64,000 bases of DNA, from positions 1-64,000 of IMG/VR virus record IMGVR_UViG_3300045988_122072. One strand, 5' to 3'. The position numbers and the translations under genes are program-made. The notes under the pieces were generated by a model, which saw nothing but the letters and a program-made list of their open reading frames with translations, did not search any database and had not been told where the DNA came from. Positions 55,623 through 63,743 of the stretch are shown piece by piece; position 1 is the stretch's first letter, and each line of letters starts with the position of its first letter. The DNA comes from a virus.

Positions 55623-56534
55623 ATGAATAAAGAGTTTGAAAAAATCTGCCGCATGTCTCAGAAATCACTAAAGAATCATGTGAAACAGAAACTGGTAAAA
55701 ACACACGGCGAAATTGTCAGCGGGGATGGTTTTGTGTTTGCACAAGGCAAATTCCCCGTGCTCTTGATGGCACATCTTGACACAGTGCACAAAAGCTTGC
55801 CGACCATGGTTGAATATGATACAGAACAGAACATTATTTCTTCTCCTAATGGAATTGGAGGGGATGATCGATGTGGTGTATACATGATTTTTAAGATTCT
55901 CAAAAAATATAACTGCTCAGTCCTTTTCTGCGAGGATGAGGAGATTGGATGTGTTGGCGCAGGGAAATTCATTAAAACAGAACTTGCAAAGGAACTTGAT
56001 TTTAATTACATCATTGAGTTCGACCGTGCCAACGCAAACGACGCAGTATTTTATCAGTGCGCAAATGATGAGTTCGAAAAATTCATCACAAAGGAATTCT
56101 ATAAGACAGCATTCGGTTCGTTCTCTGATATTTGCGAGGTTGCGCCATTCATTGGGTGTGCGGCAGTGAATCTCAGCTGTGGATATTACAGAGCGCATAC
56201 CACAAGCGAATATGTGGTGATTTCTGAAATGGAAAGGAGTATTCAGGAAGCATGCAAGATTCTTGAAAGGACAACGGAAAACGACAAATTCAATTATGTG
56301 GAAAGCTATTGCAGTGCCGCAGCAGATTGGATTGATGATATGTATGATGACTATTATGGCAGCAAGTATTATGTTGTCGAATATGTAGACAAAAATAATA
56401 TTATGTGCTGGTATGATACGATTGCACATTCCAAGGCAGAGGCAGTCGGCAAATTCGTTATGGAATGCCCCGACATTCCTTTCGAAAACGTAATTGACGT
56501 CATGGTTGACAGTAACGTATATAACTATATCTAA
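55623..56534 (+). CDS. M20/M28/M42-type zinc metallopeptidase-like protein
   Basis: LLMAHLDTVH, GIGGDDRCGV and FCEDEEIGCVGA, in the order expected for co-catalytic metallopeptidases. ATG 55623 has better SD spacing than 55617. Confidence 0.65.
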   Translation: MNKEFEKICRMSQKSLKNHVKQKLVKTHGEIVSGDGFVFAQGKFPVLLMAHLDTVHKSLPTMVEYDTEQNIISSPNGIGGDDRCGVYMIFKILKKYNCSVLFCEDEEIGCVGAGKFIKTELAKELDFNYIIEFDRANANDAVFYQCANDEFEKFITKEFYKTAFGSFSDICEVAPFIGCAAVNLSCGYYRAHTTSEYVVISEMERSIQEACKILERTTENDKFNYVESYCSAAADWIDDMYDDYYGSKYYVVEYVDKNNIMCWYDTIAHSKAEAVGKFVMECPDIPFENVIDVMVDSNVYNYI

Positions 56535-56542
56535 TAACAAAA

Positions 56543-56551
56543 ACAAAATTA
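56543..56551 (+). promoter_or_regulatory. ACAAAATTA box
   Basis: AACAAAAACAAAATTATT lies just after the peptidase stop. Confidence 0.35.
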
Positions 56552-56581
56552 TTGCCAACTGGCAGAAAGGGAATTGACATT

Positions 56582-56941
56582 ATGAAAAACATCACCATCA
56601 TCAAGGCTAAGTACATTGTGGAGAGCGACCGTCGTAAAGGTAAGGCAGTCATGTGTCTTGACACTGGTGAGGTATTCACTAGTGCAAAGGAATGTGCAGA
56701 TAAAAAGCATATGCCGTATGATAATTTTGCATATAAACTGCGCGATGGCAAGATTGCCGTGGATGGCAAACTGTATTGCTATGTCGAAGACATGAGCTAC
56801 TATGCAAACGCTATTCAGTCCAGAATCTATGCAAAGGCAAAGATGGAGTATGATGCGGCGGTGCTCCAGTTGGCAGAGATTGAGCGCAAAAAGACAGTTG
56901 CAAAGGCAAAGGTTGATAAGCTGAAAATGATTGTTGAATGA
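56582..56941 (+). CDS. Hypothetical protein
   Basis: ATG 56582 (the ORF-track start is TTG 56552); C-terminal coiled coil. Confidence 0.6.
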   Translation: MKNITIIKAKYIVESDRRKGKAVMCLDTGEVFTSAKECADKKHMPYDNFAYKLRDGKIAVDGKLYCYVEDMSYYANAIQSRIYAKAKMEYDAAVLQLAEIERKKTVAKAKVDKLKMIVE

Positions 56942-56955
56942 GGAGGTAAAGTAAA

Positions 56956-57150
56956 ATGAAAAAATTTCGCAAATGGTTCTTCAAACTGCTCACGGGCTAT
57001 GATCTGGTTGAATATGAAGATATATTGAATGAATGGGGCAAAACACTCAAGATTGCAAAGGAAGTACAACAAACTAATGAAGCAGTTTGCAAACATTCTG
57101 GTGAAGTTATAGATCTACTGAAGCGTTATGTTAATGAGGTGGCAAAGTAA
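56956..57150 (+). CDS. Small hypothetical protein
   Basis: 64 aa; GGAGG SD. Confidence 0.65.
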   Translation: MKKFRKWFFKLLTGYDLVEYEDILNEWGKTLKIAKEVQQTNEAVCKHSGEVIDLLKRYVNEVAK

Positions 57151-57156
57151 AGCAAG

Positions 57157-57185
57157 TTGACACAGCAGTATAATAAGGGTAAAAT
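57157..57185 (+). promoter_or_regulatory. Sigma-70-type promoter
   Basis: TTGACA (57157-57162), 17 nt, TAAAAT (57180-57185). Confidence 0.6.
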
Positions 57186-57231
57186 AATTACGAATAATGT
57201 ATAGGTCTTGTTAATAAAGGGAGGTAAACAA

Positions 57232-57378
57232 ATGGTTGTTATTTTACTTATTATCATTGCTTGTGTACTACTATTCGGAAAGGACGAAACAAAAGACGGG
57301 ATTATTGCTCTCATTGGAACTATCGTAGTCTTTGCAATTATTGCAATGATTGCAAATGCATGTGGATTTTTAGACTAA
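57232..57378 (+). CDS. 48-aa peptide with two hydrophobic segments
   Basis: GGGAGG SD; MVVILLIIIACVLLFGKDETKDGIIALIGTIVVFAIIAMIANACGFLD. Confidence 0.55.
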   Translation: MVVILLIIIACVLLFGKDETKDGIIALIGTIVVFAIIAMIANACGFLD

Positions 57379-57384
57379 ACAAAA

Positions 57385-57411
57385 TAGTTTGTCCTATAAT
57401 AGGGCAAACTA
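57385..57411 (+). promoter_or_regulatory. 11-bp palindrome enclosing a TATAAT box (operator-like)
   Basis: TAGTTTGTCCT-ATAAT-AGGGCAAACTA. TATAAT lies at 57395-57400, with TAGACT 18 nt upstream. Confidence 0.4.
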
Positions 57412-57455
57412 ACACGAAACGAAAATACAATACGAAATTAAAGGGAGGAATAAAT

Positions 57456-57878
57456 ATGAACGTATCAAAAGAAATCAAAAAGGCAGAGGCAATTAACCGC
57501 ATGAAAGAGCTTGGGCTGTTTGCTCCGTGTATCAAGGCATTCAAGAGAGGCGAGGTGCAGCTTTCTGAACAGACTGGAGGTTTGTATGAGTTCAGCAGCG
57601 ACAAGGAACTTACTGCAAAGGTGCAGGAGTTTGAAAAGGAAAACAATGCGCTTGTGTATCATGTAATTCATACTCCTGTAATGATTGACGGTGAAGTAAT
57701 GGATATGTACAATTTCTTGTATGTATCGGATTATCAAGAGGAATACGAAATGGACAATGCCGACATTAAGGAGGGATATGTGCTTGCATATGTATGGAAC
57801 AAAACTATTGACTACTTCAGCGAGTTTGGCAGCATTGCTGTCAAGGAAAGGTTCGGTGGGCTTGTGCGAATCGGCTAA
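57456..57878 (+). CDS. Hypothetical protein
   Basis: ATG 57456 follows GGGAGG; 140 aa. Confidence 0.7.
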   Translation: MNVSKEIKKAEAINRMKELGLFAPCIKAFKRGEVQLSEQTGGLYEFSSDKELTAKVQEFEKENNALVYHVIHTPVMIDGEVMDMYNFLYVSDYQEEYEMDNADIKEGYVLAYVWNKTIDYFSEFGSIAVKERFGGLVRIG

Positions 57879-57901
57879 GAAAATTTGTTGAATATGACAT
57901 A

Positions 57902-57929
57902 TTGAATTTTGAGAAAGAGGTGATATAAT
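57902..57929 (+). promoter_or_regulatory. Sigma-70-type promoter with extended -10
   Basis: TTGAAT (57902-57907), 16 nt, TGaTATAAT (-10 at 57924-57929). Confidence 0.55.
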
Positions 57930-57946
57930 AAAGGCAAAAGGGGCTG

Positions 57947-58084
57947 ATGCGAATGGAAAACAAAGAGTTACAAGAAGTGGTTGATGTAATACTTCAGGCG
58001 CTACTTGAAATGGAAGAAAGATTAAATAAGAAGTTCGATGAAATAGACAAGTGGTTCGACAAGTTTGAAGAAAAGTCAAAGTAA
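57947..58084 (+). CDS. 45-aa coiled-coil peptide
   Basis: MRMENKELQEVVDVILQALLEMEERLNKKFDEIDKWFDKFEEKSK; followed by a hairpin. Confidence 0.45.
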   Translation: MRMENKELQEVVDVILQALLEMEERLNKKFDEIDKWFDKFEEKSK

Positions 58085-58087
58085 GCG

Positions 58088-58109
58088 AGGGGCATTTGCC
58101 CCTTGTCTT
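58088..58109 (+). terminator. Weak terminator-like hairpin
   Basis: AGGGGC-attt-GCCCCT followed by TGTCTTA (poor U tract). Confidence 0.35.
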
Positions 58110-58116
58110 ACGCAAT

Positions 58117-58125
58117 ACAAAATTA
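58117..58125 (+). promoter_or_regulatory. ACAAAATTA box
   Basis: GCAATACAAAATTAACGGAGG lies directly upstream of the SD of 58139-58927. Confidence 0.35.
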
Positions 58126-58138
58126 ACGGAGGCATCTT

Positions 58139-58927
58139 ATGAAACTTTTACTTAGACAGTTTGGAGACGAATGCTACGTATGGAAAAATGCAGAAATGAA
58201 TGATGAAAAAACATTTATTGTAAATGGGAGAACTGTAAATCAGGGAAACGTCGTATCTATTTATAGAGACAATAGAAATAAATTCGTCAAATGTTCGCAT
58301 TGTGGCACTATTCTCAAGAACGCGGATGTGGAAATCAAGGAACATAGACTTAAAAGTACAACTTCTACAACATGTTTTGGATGCCCGAACTTAAGAACAT
58401 GTGAAGAAATTACAAAGTCGATTAAATATGTGTTGCAAGATGACGGTAAGTATATTGCAACGGTCAAAAGTGAAATGCAGCTCAAGTGCCGTCAGGGATG
58501 GGGCAGATTGTACGACATTAACTCCGAAGATGCAAGAACTGGTTGTAAATATAGGGGATGTATTGATGCAACGATGAAAAGCATTCAGGATATTTTCACA
58601 GAGTACCCCGGTATTTTTGATGACATTATTACCATTGACTGTATTCTGGATACAAATTTCGAAGACAGAACTTCACATAGAAACGGCATGACATATAAAC
58701 TCAAGGGAAGAGACAACATTGTGGCGGTTGTAAACAAGATTGGTATTGTTGACCATTTTAATATCAGTCGTTATTCGCACTGCTGGGATGTTGTATATTC
58801 AAAAAAGTATAATGAATTTTATAAAATTTGGAACGGTTTATATATTAAATGGAATCCAGATGACGAGGATATGCCGCACGGAACCTTGCAAAGAATCAAA
58901 GACAGAATTGCAAAGCTGTATGCTTAA
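58139..58927 (+). CDS. Hypothetical protein
   Basis: 262 aa; GGAGG SD; CSHCG..CFGCP Cys pairs. Confidence 0.75.
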   Translation: MKLLLRQFGDECYVWKNAEMNDEKTFIVNGRTVNQGNVVSIYRDNRNKFVKCSHCGTILKNADVEIKEHRLKSTTSTTCFGCPNLRTCEEITKSIKYVLQDDGKYIATVKSEMQLKCRQGWGRLYDINSEDARTGCKYRGCIDATMKSIQDIFTEYPGIFDDIITIDCILDTNFEDRTSHRNGMTYKLKGRDNIVAVVNKIGIVDHFNISRYSHCWDVVYSKKYNEFYKIWNGLYIKWNPDDEDMPHGTLQRIKDRIAKLYA

Positions 58928-58942
58928 AGGAGGACATAAATT

Positions 58943-60484
58943 ATGGCAAGATACAATGTTGGTGATCGCGTAGTTGTAAGAGAAGGCCTGGGGACTCGTT
59001 CCAGTAATTATGCATATGGATATGGCGACGGGATGGAGCAATATAATGGGCGGACTGTTACGATTGCAAGTTCCAGTGGAAATCAATACCGTATTGAAGA
59101 AGACAACCGTCGGTATTTTTGGGGTGATTCTGATTTTGTTGGTTTAGCAGATGGCTCTAGTGTTCCAGTAGCTCAGCACGCCACTTTCACAAAGGCAAAT
59201 CTGAAAGAAGCATGGGGTCAGTATTGTGACACCGACAAACTCGTTGATGATGTGATGACATTGCTCACTAAGTATAATCACAGAAATAGTGAGCACGGCG
59301 TTTGCACTATGCTTAATGAATACTTCACCAACAAGAAAGACTTGATTGAGCTGTTACAGAAATCTGAGCATTACATGGGAGATATGCGCATGATGATTGA
59401 CATTGAACTTGCAAGAGAAAATAATGCAAGGGACATTTGTGATTTCTGTGATAATTTCTATGTCAATGTAGGTGCAAGTAAACTGTTACTAAAGTACGAA
59501 GATGAGAACGGAAAGAAACTTGAGGATTATCTTAGAACTGGAGTAAAGTACATTACGGCAAAAGATTTGATGAAGCGCGAAGTAGTTTCCAAGTTGAAGA
59601 AAATAACGGATGTACAAAGTAAGTTCGCAGATGATGGGGCAACGATTGCATCTCATGCAAATGAAGATGAATGCTACAATGTGGTACGTAAATTTAGAGG
59701 GGTAAGTCTTTCTACTATTAGCAAAGAATTTTCTGATAGCATGGACGAGAAATATAAAGTAAGAGAAGGTATGAAAACCAGCCGCGCCTTTAACCGCGTG
59801 TGTGGCTTTTATGGAGTAGATAAATTACCTGAATATAACAAACTCTTTGCTCAGTATGCAGACATGGTGAGCAGTCTTAAGCGAAAGCTAAAGTTCTTCA
59901 TCAGTGTGAATCCTATTGACTACTTAACTATGAGTTTTGGCGTAAACTGGGCGAGTTGTCATACGATTGATAAAGAGAATCGTAGACATATAGAAAATAG
60001 TTATCATGGTATGTACTGCGCAGGTACTGTGAGCTATATGCTTGATGCAACATCGATTATCACATTTGTCCATGACCATGTACCCACTGACTGGGAAGAC
60101 GGTAAGATTTATCGCTGCATGTTCCATTATGGACAAAACATTCTTGTGCAAGGACGTGTCTATCCACAAGGGAATGATGGTAATACAGATTTGTACAAAG
60201 TATTCCGTAATTATGTTCAGAATGAGATTACGCCGCTGATTGGGATTACTGATACTACGTGGACGAAAAAGACAAGTGGAGATGTTGCATGTAATGTTAG
60301 CTCTTGCGGGTTGCATTATAAAGATTATGTTCAATTTAGTTATTGTAATGTGTCTTATCCAAGAGAAAGAAGTTTGGCAAAAGACAACGTGATTATGATT
60401 GGTCATACTGGCATCTGTCCTTATTGTGGAAGGGAATTTAGTGCAGATAAGGGAGCAATTAGCCATGCAAATTGTGTAATTTGA
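58943..60484 (+). CDS. Large protein of unknown function, paralogue 2 (WASCHTIDK core)
   Basis: 513 aa; GGAGGA SD. NPIDYLTMSFGVNWASCHTIDKENRRHIENSYHGMYCAGTVSYMLD..LVQGRVYPQGNDGN. A single C-terminal CPYCG..H..C. Confidence 0.85.
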   Translation: MARYNVGDRVVVREGLGTRSSNYAYGYGDGMEQYNGRTVTIASSSGNQYRIEEDNRRYFWGDSDFVGLADGSSVPVAQHATFTKANLKEAWGQYCDTDKLVDDVMTLLTKYNHRNSEHGVCTMLNEYFTNKKDLIELLQKSEHYMGDMRMMIDIELARENNARDICDFCDNFYVNVGASKLLLKYEDENGKKLEDYLRTGVKYITAKDLMKREVVSKLKKITDVQSKFADDGATIASHANEDECYNVVRKFRGVSLSTISKEFSDSMDEKYKVREGMKTSRAFNRVCGFYGVDKLPEYNKLFAQYADMVSSLKRKLKFFISVNPIDYLTMSFGVNWASCHTIDKENRRHIENSYHGMYCAGTVSYMLDATSIITFVHDHVPTDWEDGKIYRCMFHYGQNILVQGRVYPQGNDGNTDLYKVFRNYVQNEITPLIGITDTTWTKKTSGDVACNVSSCGLHYKDYVQFSYCNVSYPRERSLAKDNVIMIGHTGICPYCGREFSADKGAISHANCVI

Positions 60485-60499
60485 AAGGAGAAAGAATAA

Positions 60500-60655
60500 A
60501 TGTCATACAACATGCTGGATATGGAACTTGATTATAAGGATCAGATTAAGTATCTTGAGTCCGAAGTCAAAAGGCTGAAAGCAAAGTGCGATAGGCTTAT
60601 CCGAGAGAATAGAGAATTGAAAGGAGATAACAATGAGAGATCCAAAGAGAATTGA
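60500..60655 (+). CDS. 51-aa coiled-coil peptide
   Basis: AAGGAG SD; MSYNMLDMELDYKDQIKYLESEVKRLKAKCDRLIRENRELKGD..; overlaps the next gene by 23 nt. Confidence 0.45.
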   Translation: MSYNMLDMELDYKDQIKYLESEVKRLKAKCDRLIRENRELKGDNNERSKEN

Positions 60656-60815
60656 CAAGTTTTGTAATATGCTCAAGGCATACTTGTATACGGGTGACGA
60701 CCGGAGGGCTATGCAGTTAGTGTGTAATCTTCAGGCACAGATTGAAAGTGATGGATTCTATCTGGAAGACGATAAGGCAATGGAACTGATTGGGCAGATG
60801 TTAAAAGGAGAATAA
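60633..60815 (+). CDS. Small hypothetical protein
   Basis: 60 aa; AAGGAG SD. Confidence 0.6.
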   Translation: MRDPKRIDKFCNMLKAYLYTGDDRRAMQLVCNLQAQIESDGFYLEDDKAMELIGQMLKGE

Positions 60816-60816
60816 A

Positions 60817-61149
60817 ATGCTGATTAATTATAACAATAATGAAACTAATCATGTAAAGTTTGTTTCTTATACTGGGAAATATCCAAATCTTTGCACTGGA
60901 GATTTAACACTTGAAATTGATGGAGAGATTGCAACGTTTGGCTATGGCTTTGAGTCTAAAGAGAAACCGAAATACCATCGGTTTTGGAGTAGCGGCGGTG
61001 GTCTAAATCCCAATTATGAGGGAGCGTGGCAAGGCGAATGGAAAATTGATATTAATGATATTCCCGAACAGTTCCGTAAATATGCAACGGAAATTAATGA
61101 AGTGTTCAATGATAACGTTGAGTGGGGATGTTGTGGAGGATGTATCTAA
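60817..61149 (+). CDS. Small hypothetical protein ending in WGCCGGCI
   Basis: 110 aa; AAGGAG SD. Confidence 0.7.
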   Translation: MLINYNNNETNHVKFVSYTGKYPNLCTGDLTLEIDGEIATFGYGFESKEKPKYHRFWSSGGGLNPNYEGAWQGEWKIDINDIPEQFRKYATEINEVFNDNVEWGCCGGCI

Positions 61150-61155
61150 AACGAT

Positions 61156-61164
61156 ACAAAATTA
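61156..61164 (+). promoter_or_regulatory. ACAAAATTA box
   Basis: ACGATACAAAATTAAAGGAGG lies directly upstream of the SD of 61180-61608. Confidence 0.35.
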
Positions 61165-61179
61165 AAGGAGGATTTCATT

Positions 61180-61608
61180 ATGGGTAACAGAGCTGTAATC
61201 ACTACGAGGGAGAACTTTAATAACGATGGAGTAGGTGTATACCTGCACTGGAACGGAGGTCGAGATAGTGTACAAGCATTCTTAACCTATTGCAAAATGA
61301 AAGGATATAGAGAGCCGACAAGTGATAATTATGGGTGGGCAAGACTCTGCCAGGTGATTGGAAACTTCTTTGGCGGGGAACTTTCTATTGGGATTGATAA
61401 GTGTAGTCATCTTGACTATGATAACTACGATAACGGAACTTATATCATTGATGGGTGGGACATTGTAGACAGAGAATATTTTAATGAAAACGAGCAGTAT
61501 AATTACGACTTGTATGGAATGCTTTGCGACATTGATGATGCACAGCCAACAAGAGAACAGCTTGGCGCAAATAAAATTAAAGAGATGATTAATAAAGGAG
61601 GATTTTAA
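61180..61608 (+). CDS. Hypothetical protein (YLHWNGG motif)
   Basis: 142 aa; GGAGGA SD; GVGVYLHWNGGRDSVQAFLTYC. Confidence 0.75.
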   Translation: MGNRAVITTRENFNNDGVGVYLHWNGGRDSVQAFLTYCKMKGYREPTSDNYGWARLCQVIGNFFGGELSIGIDKCSHLDYDNYDNGTYIIDGWDIVDREYFNENEQYNYDLYGMLCDIDDAQPTREQLGANKIKEMINKGGF

Positions 61609-61609
61609 T

Positions 61610-62203
61610 ATGGGACAGAGGCTTGTAGTAACAGTAAAAAGTACAGGAGAAGATTTATGTAAAATGTATTTTCATTGGAGTGCATACACAATCTCAGCTC
61701 TAATTGAAGTGAGAGATATGATGGCTGAGTTTCAAATGGAAACAAATAGTAAAGAAGATGCAATTCTTTACTTCATCAGATATTGTGAAGAGTATGGTGG
61801 AGGTATTGATGGTGGTATGGACGGCAAGGAATGGAATTATATCACCAATAAGTATCCGCATTATAAGTTCAAAAGCGAAAACATTAACAGAAATAGAGGG
61901 TTGATTGCAATTTCTGAAGATGGGATGGATGAAATGCAAAGTTGGAGCGAGGGAGATATTTATATCAATCTTGATGAAATGACTGTGCATAATGAACTTT
62001 TCTGGTATTATGACGATATTGATGAATATAATCGAGAGCTGGCAGACCGAGAAGATGAATCTATTACGCTGGACAAAATTCCAGAAGTAGGAGAGATTTG
62101 TGATTTTGATCTTGAAGATATTGACGATGTAATTGCAAATCTTGAAGATATTCCAGGTCATGTTTGTCGTAATGGAAATGAAATTTATGAACTGATTGCT
62201 TAA
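61610..62203 (+). CDS. Hypothetical protein (MYFHWSAYT motif), likely a distant paralogue of 61180-61608
   Basis: 197 aa; GGAGGA SD. It has the same N-terminal layout (beta-strand, H-W, helix) as the upstream gene. Confidence 0.75.
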   Translation: MGQRLVVTVKSTGEDLCKMYFHWSAYTISALIEVRDMMAEFQMETNSKEDAILYFIRYCEEYGGGIDGGMDGKEWNYITNKYPHYKFKSENINRNRGLIAISEDGMDEMQSWSEGDIYINLDEMTVHNELFWYYDDIDEYNRELADREDESITLDKIPEVGEICDFDLEDIDDVIANLEDIPGHVCRNGNEIYELIA

Positions 62204-62216
62204 GGAGGATTTAAAA

Positions 62217-62690
62217 ATGAATAATCAATATGAAGTAACTGCTACTGCTATCAAACAGGCAGAAGAAGCATTAGAAACATTAAAAGATTTTTCAGAAAGT
62301 CAATATAAGGCAAAAGGCAAAACAATGATGGAACAAATTATTGATTATATCACTCGTACGCTATCCAACGCAGATTATATGTTTTGTGGTTGTAAGCATT
62401 ATCATCTTGCATTAAGCAATACTAGAAAACAATTCACTTTTTATATTTATGATAATAGTGCGATTGGTTCTGGTTATCCAGTCTTTTCAATTACGACTAA
62501 TGGAGAGGTAAAAAATGTTTGCACCTTAAGCGAATGGATGATACTTACTCTTGTAAAAGAATGGGGAGAATTCAAAAAAGAACTCGACTTTTCAATTAAG
62601 ACAACAATGAAAATGCGTACAAAAAGTATTAATGATCGACTTGCTCATATTGGATATGTAAATGAGCAGTTATCAAAATGGCATGTATAA
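62217..62690 (+). CDS. Hypothetical protein
   Basis: ATG 62217 follows GGAGGA. Confidence 0.7.
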   Translation: MNNQYEVTATAIKQAEEALETLKDFSESQYKAKGKTMMEQIIDYITRTLSNADYMFCGCKHYHLALSNTRKQFTFYIYDNSAIGSGYPVFSITTNGEVKNVCTLSEWMILTLVKEWGEFKKELDFSIKTTMKMRTKSINDRLAHIGYVNEQLSKWHV

Positions 62691-62712
62691 ATAATTAAAG
62701 GAGGATTTTATT

Positions 62713-63099
62713 ATGAAAGAAATTAAAAAGGAAACTATTGTATATCAAGCATGTGATGGGAAAGAGTTTGTGAATAAAAATGATTGTATGGAATATGAAG
62801 CAAAAGTATTTAAGGATATTAATTTAAAACATTTTGATATTAATATTCCATATGGAGATGATGGATTATATAGCTGGATTGTTTACAAGGTAAATTCTGA
62901 AAATGAGTTTAATATGTTACACGCATATCTTGATTATAACTATGATGATATCTATGGCATTGATGGATATGAAGGAAATGGTTGGTACATTGTACAGGAA
63001 TCTGAATTTGCATGGGCAGATTTACGTCTTATGAATGATGTTGTAAGAGATTTTACAAATATGCTTGCAGAAATTGCAGAAAACACTTTGAAATTTTAA
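62713..63099 (+). CDS. Hypothetical protein
   Basis: 128 aa; GGAGGA SD. Confidence 0.75.
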   Translation: MKEIKKETIVYQACDGKEFVNKNDCMEYEAKVFKDINLKHFDINIPYGDDGLYSWIVYKVNSENEFNMLHAYLDYNYDDIYGIDGYEGNGWYIVQESEFAWADLRLMNDVVRDFTNMLAEIAENTLKF

Positions 63100-63111
63100 G
63101 GAGGAAATCAA

Positions 63112-63378
63112 ATGGATAAGATTAAAATTGACCTTGGATTTGCAACATTAGTTGCCGAAAAGGGAATTGATAATAACTATCGTGAAATATATCTCAGTCT
63201 TGAAGATAAAAACGGTGTATGGCTGCAAGACCTTGCGATTGTTGGACAGCAATATCATTATGACGCAAATGATGGTATTGTACATGACAAGGGAATTGAC
63301 GTAAAAGTATATACGGACTGTGGCAATGAAGATTTCACAGAGGAATTTGAAATTGATGTCTATGAGGAGGAAAATTAA
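63112..63378 (+). CDS. Small acidic hypothetical protein
   Basis: 88 aa; GGAGGA SD. Confidence 0.7.
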   Translation: MDKIKIDLGFATLVAEKGIDNNYREIYLSLEDKNGVWLQDLAIVGQQYHYDANDGIVHDKGIDVKVYTDCGNEDFTEEFEIDVYEEEN

Positions 63379-63723
63379 ATGACTCGTAAAAAGTATTACA
63401 AACTCGTTAATGAATTTTTCCGCATTAAAAATTGGGAGGAAACTTTGGACAAGTATCCAAAAATGTTTAATGCAATTTGCATTTATTGCTTTAAGCTTCC
63501 AAAGAGAGTTCGCAAAGACCTGTTCACAAATCTTGTACAGGGAAATTGGATTCATCTTTGGGAAACGGATGAAGAAAAAGAAATGAACATTGTAGAATTG
63601 TGTAATGACCTTAGAACAGAAGTATTTTATTGCAGCGACAGAATGTCTTGGGACAGACTTTGCCGGATTCATTGGTATTGGCAGAGAATCCAAGATAGAT
63701 TGCGAATGCAGAACAAGGCGTAG
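63379..63723 (+). CDS. Hypothetical protein
   Basis: 114 aa; GGAGGA SD; abuts the upstream stop. Confidence 0.7.
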   Translation: MTRKKYYKLVNEFFRIKNWEETLDKYPKMFNAICIYCFKLPKRVRKDLFTNLVQGNWIHLWETDEEKEMNIVELCNDLRTEVFYCSDRMSWDRLCRIHWYWQRIQDRLRMQNKA

Positions 63724-63743
63724 AGAAATCTGCGTCTTTTCTA

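Noticed and set aside
55917-58115. Minus-strand ORFs of 213 aa (55917-56558) and 216 aa (57465-58115), plus similar antisense ORFs at 59924-60466, 61700-62161 and 63148-63693
   Set aside because: All are antisense to SD-preceded plus-strand genes with recognisable motifs or paralogues. This is a typical shadow-ORF pattern.
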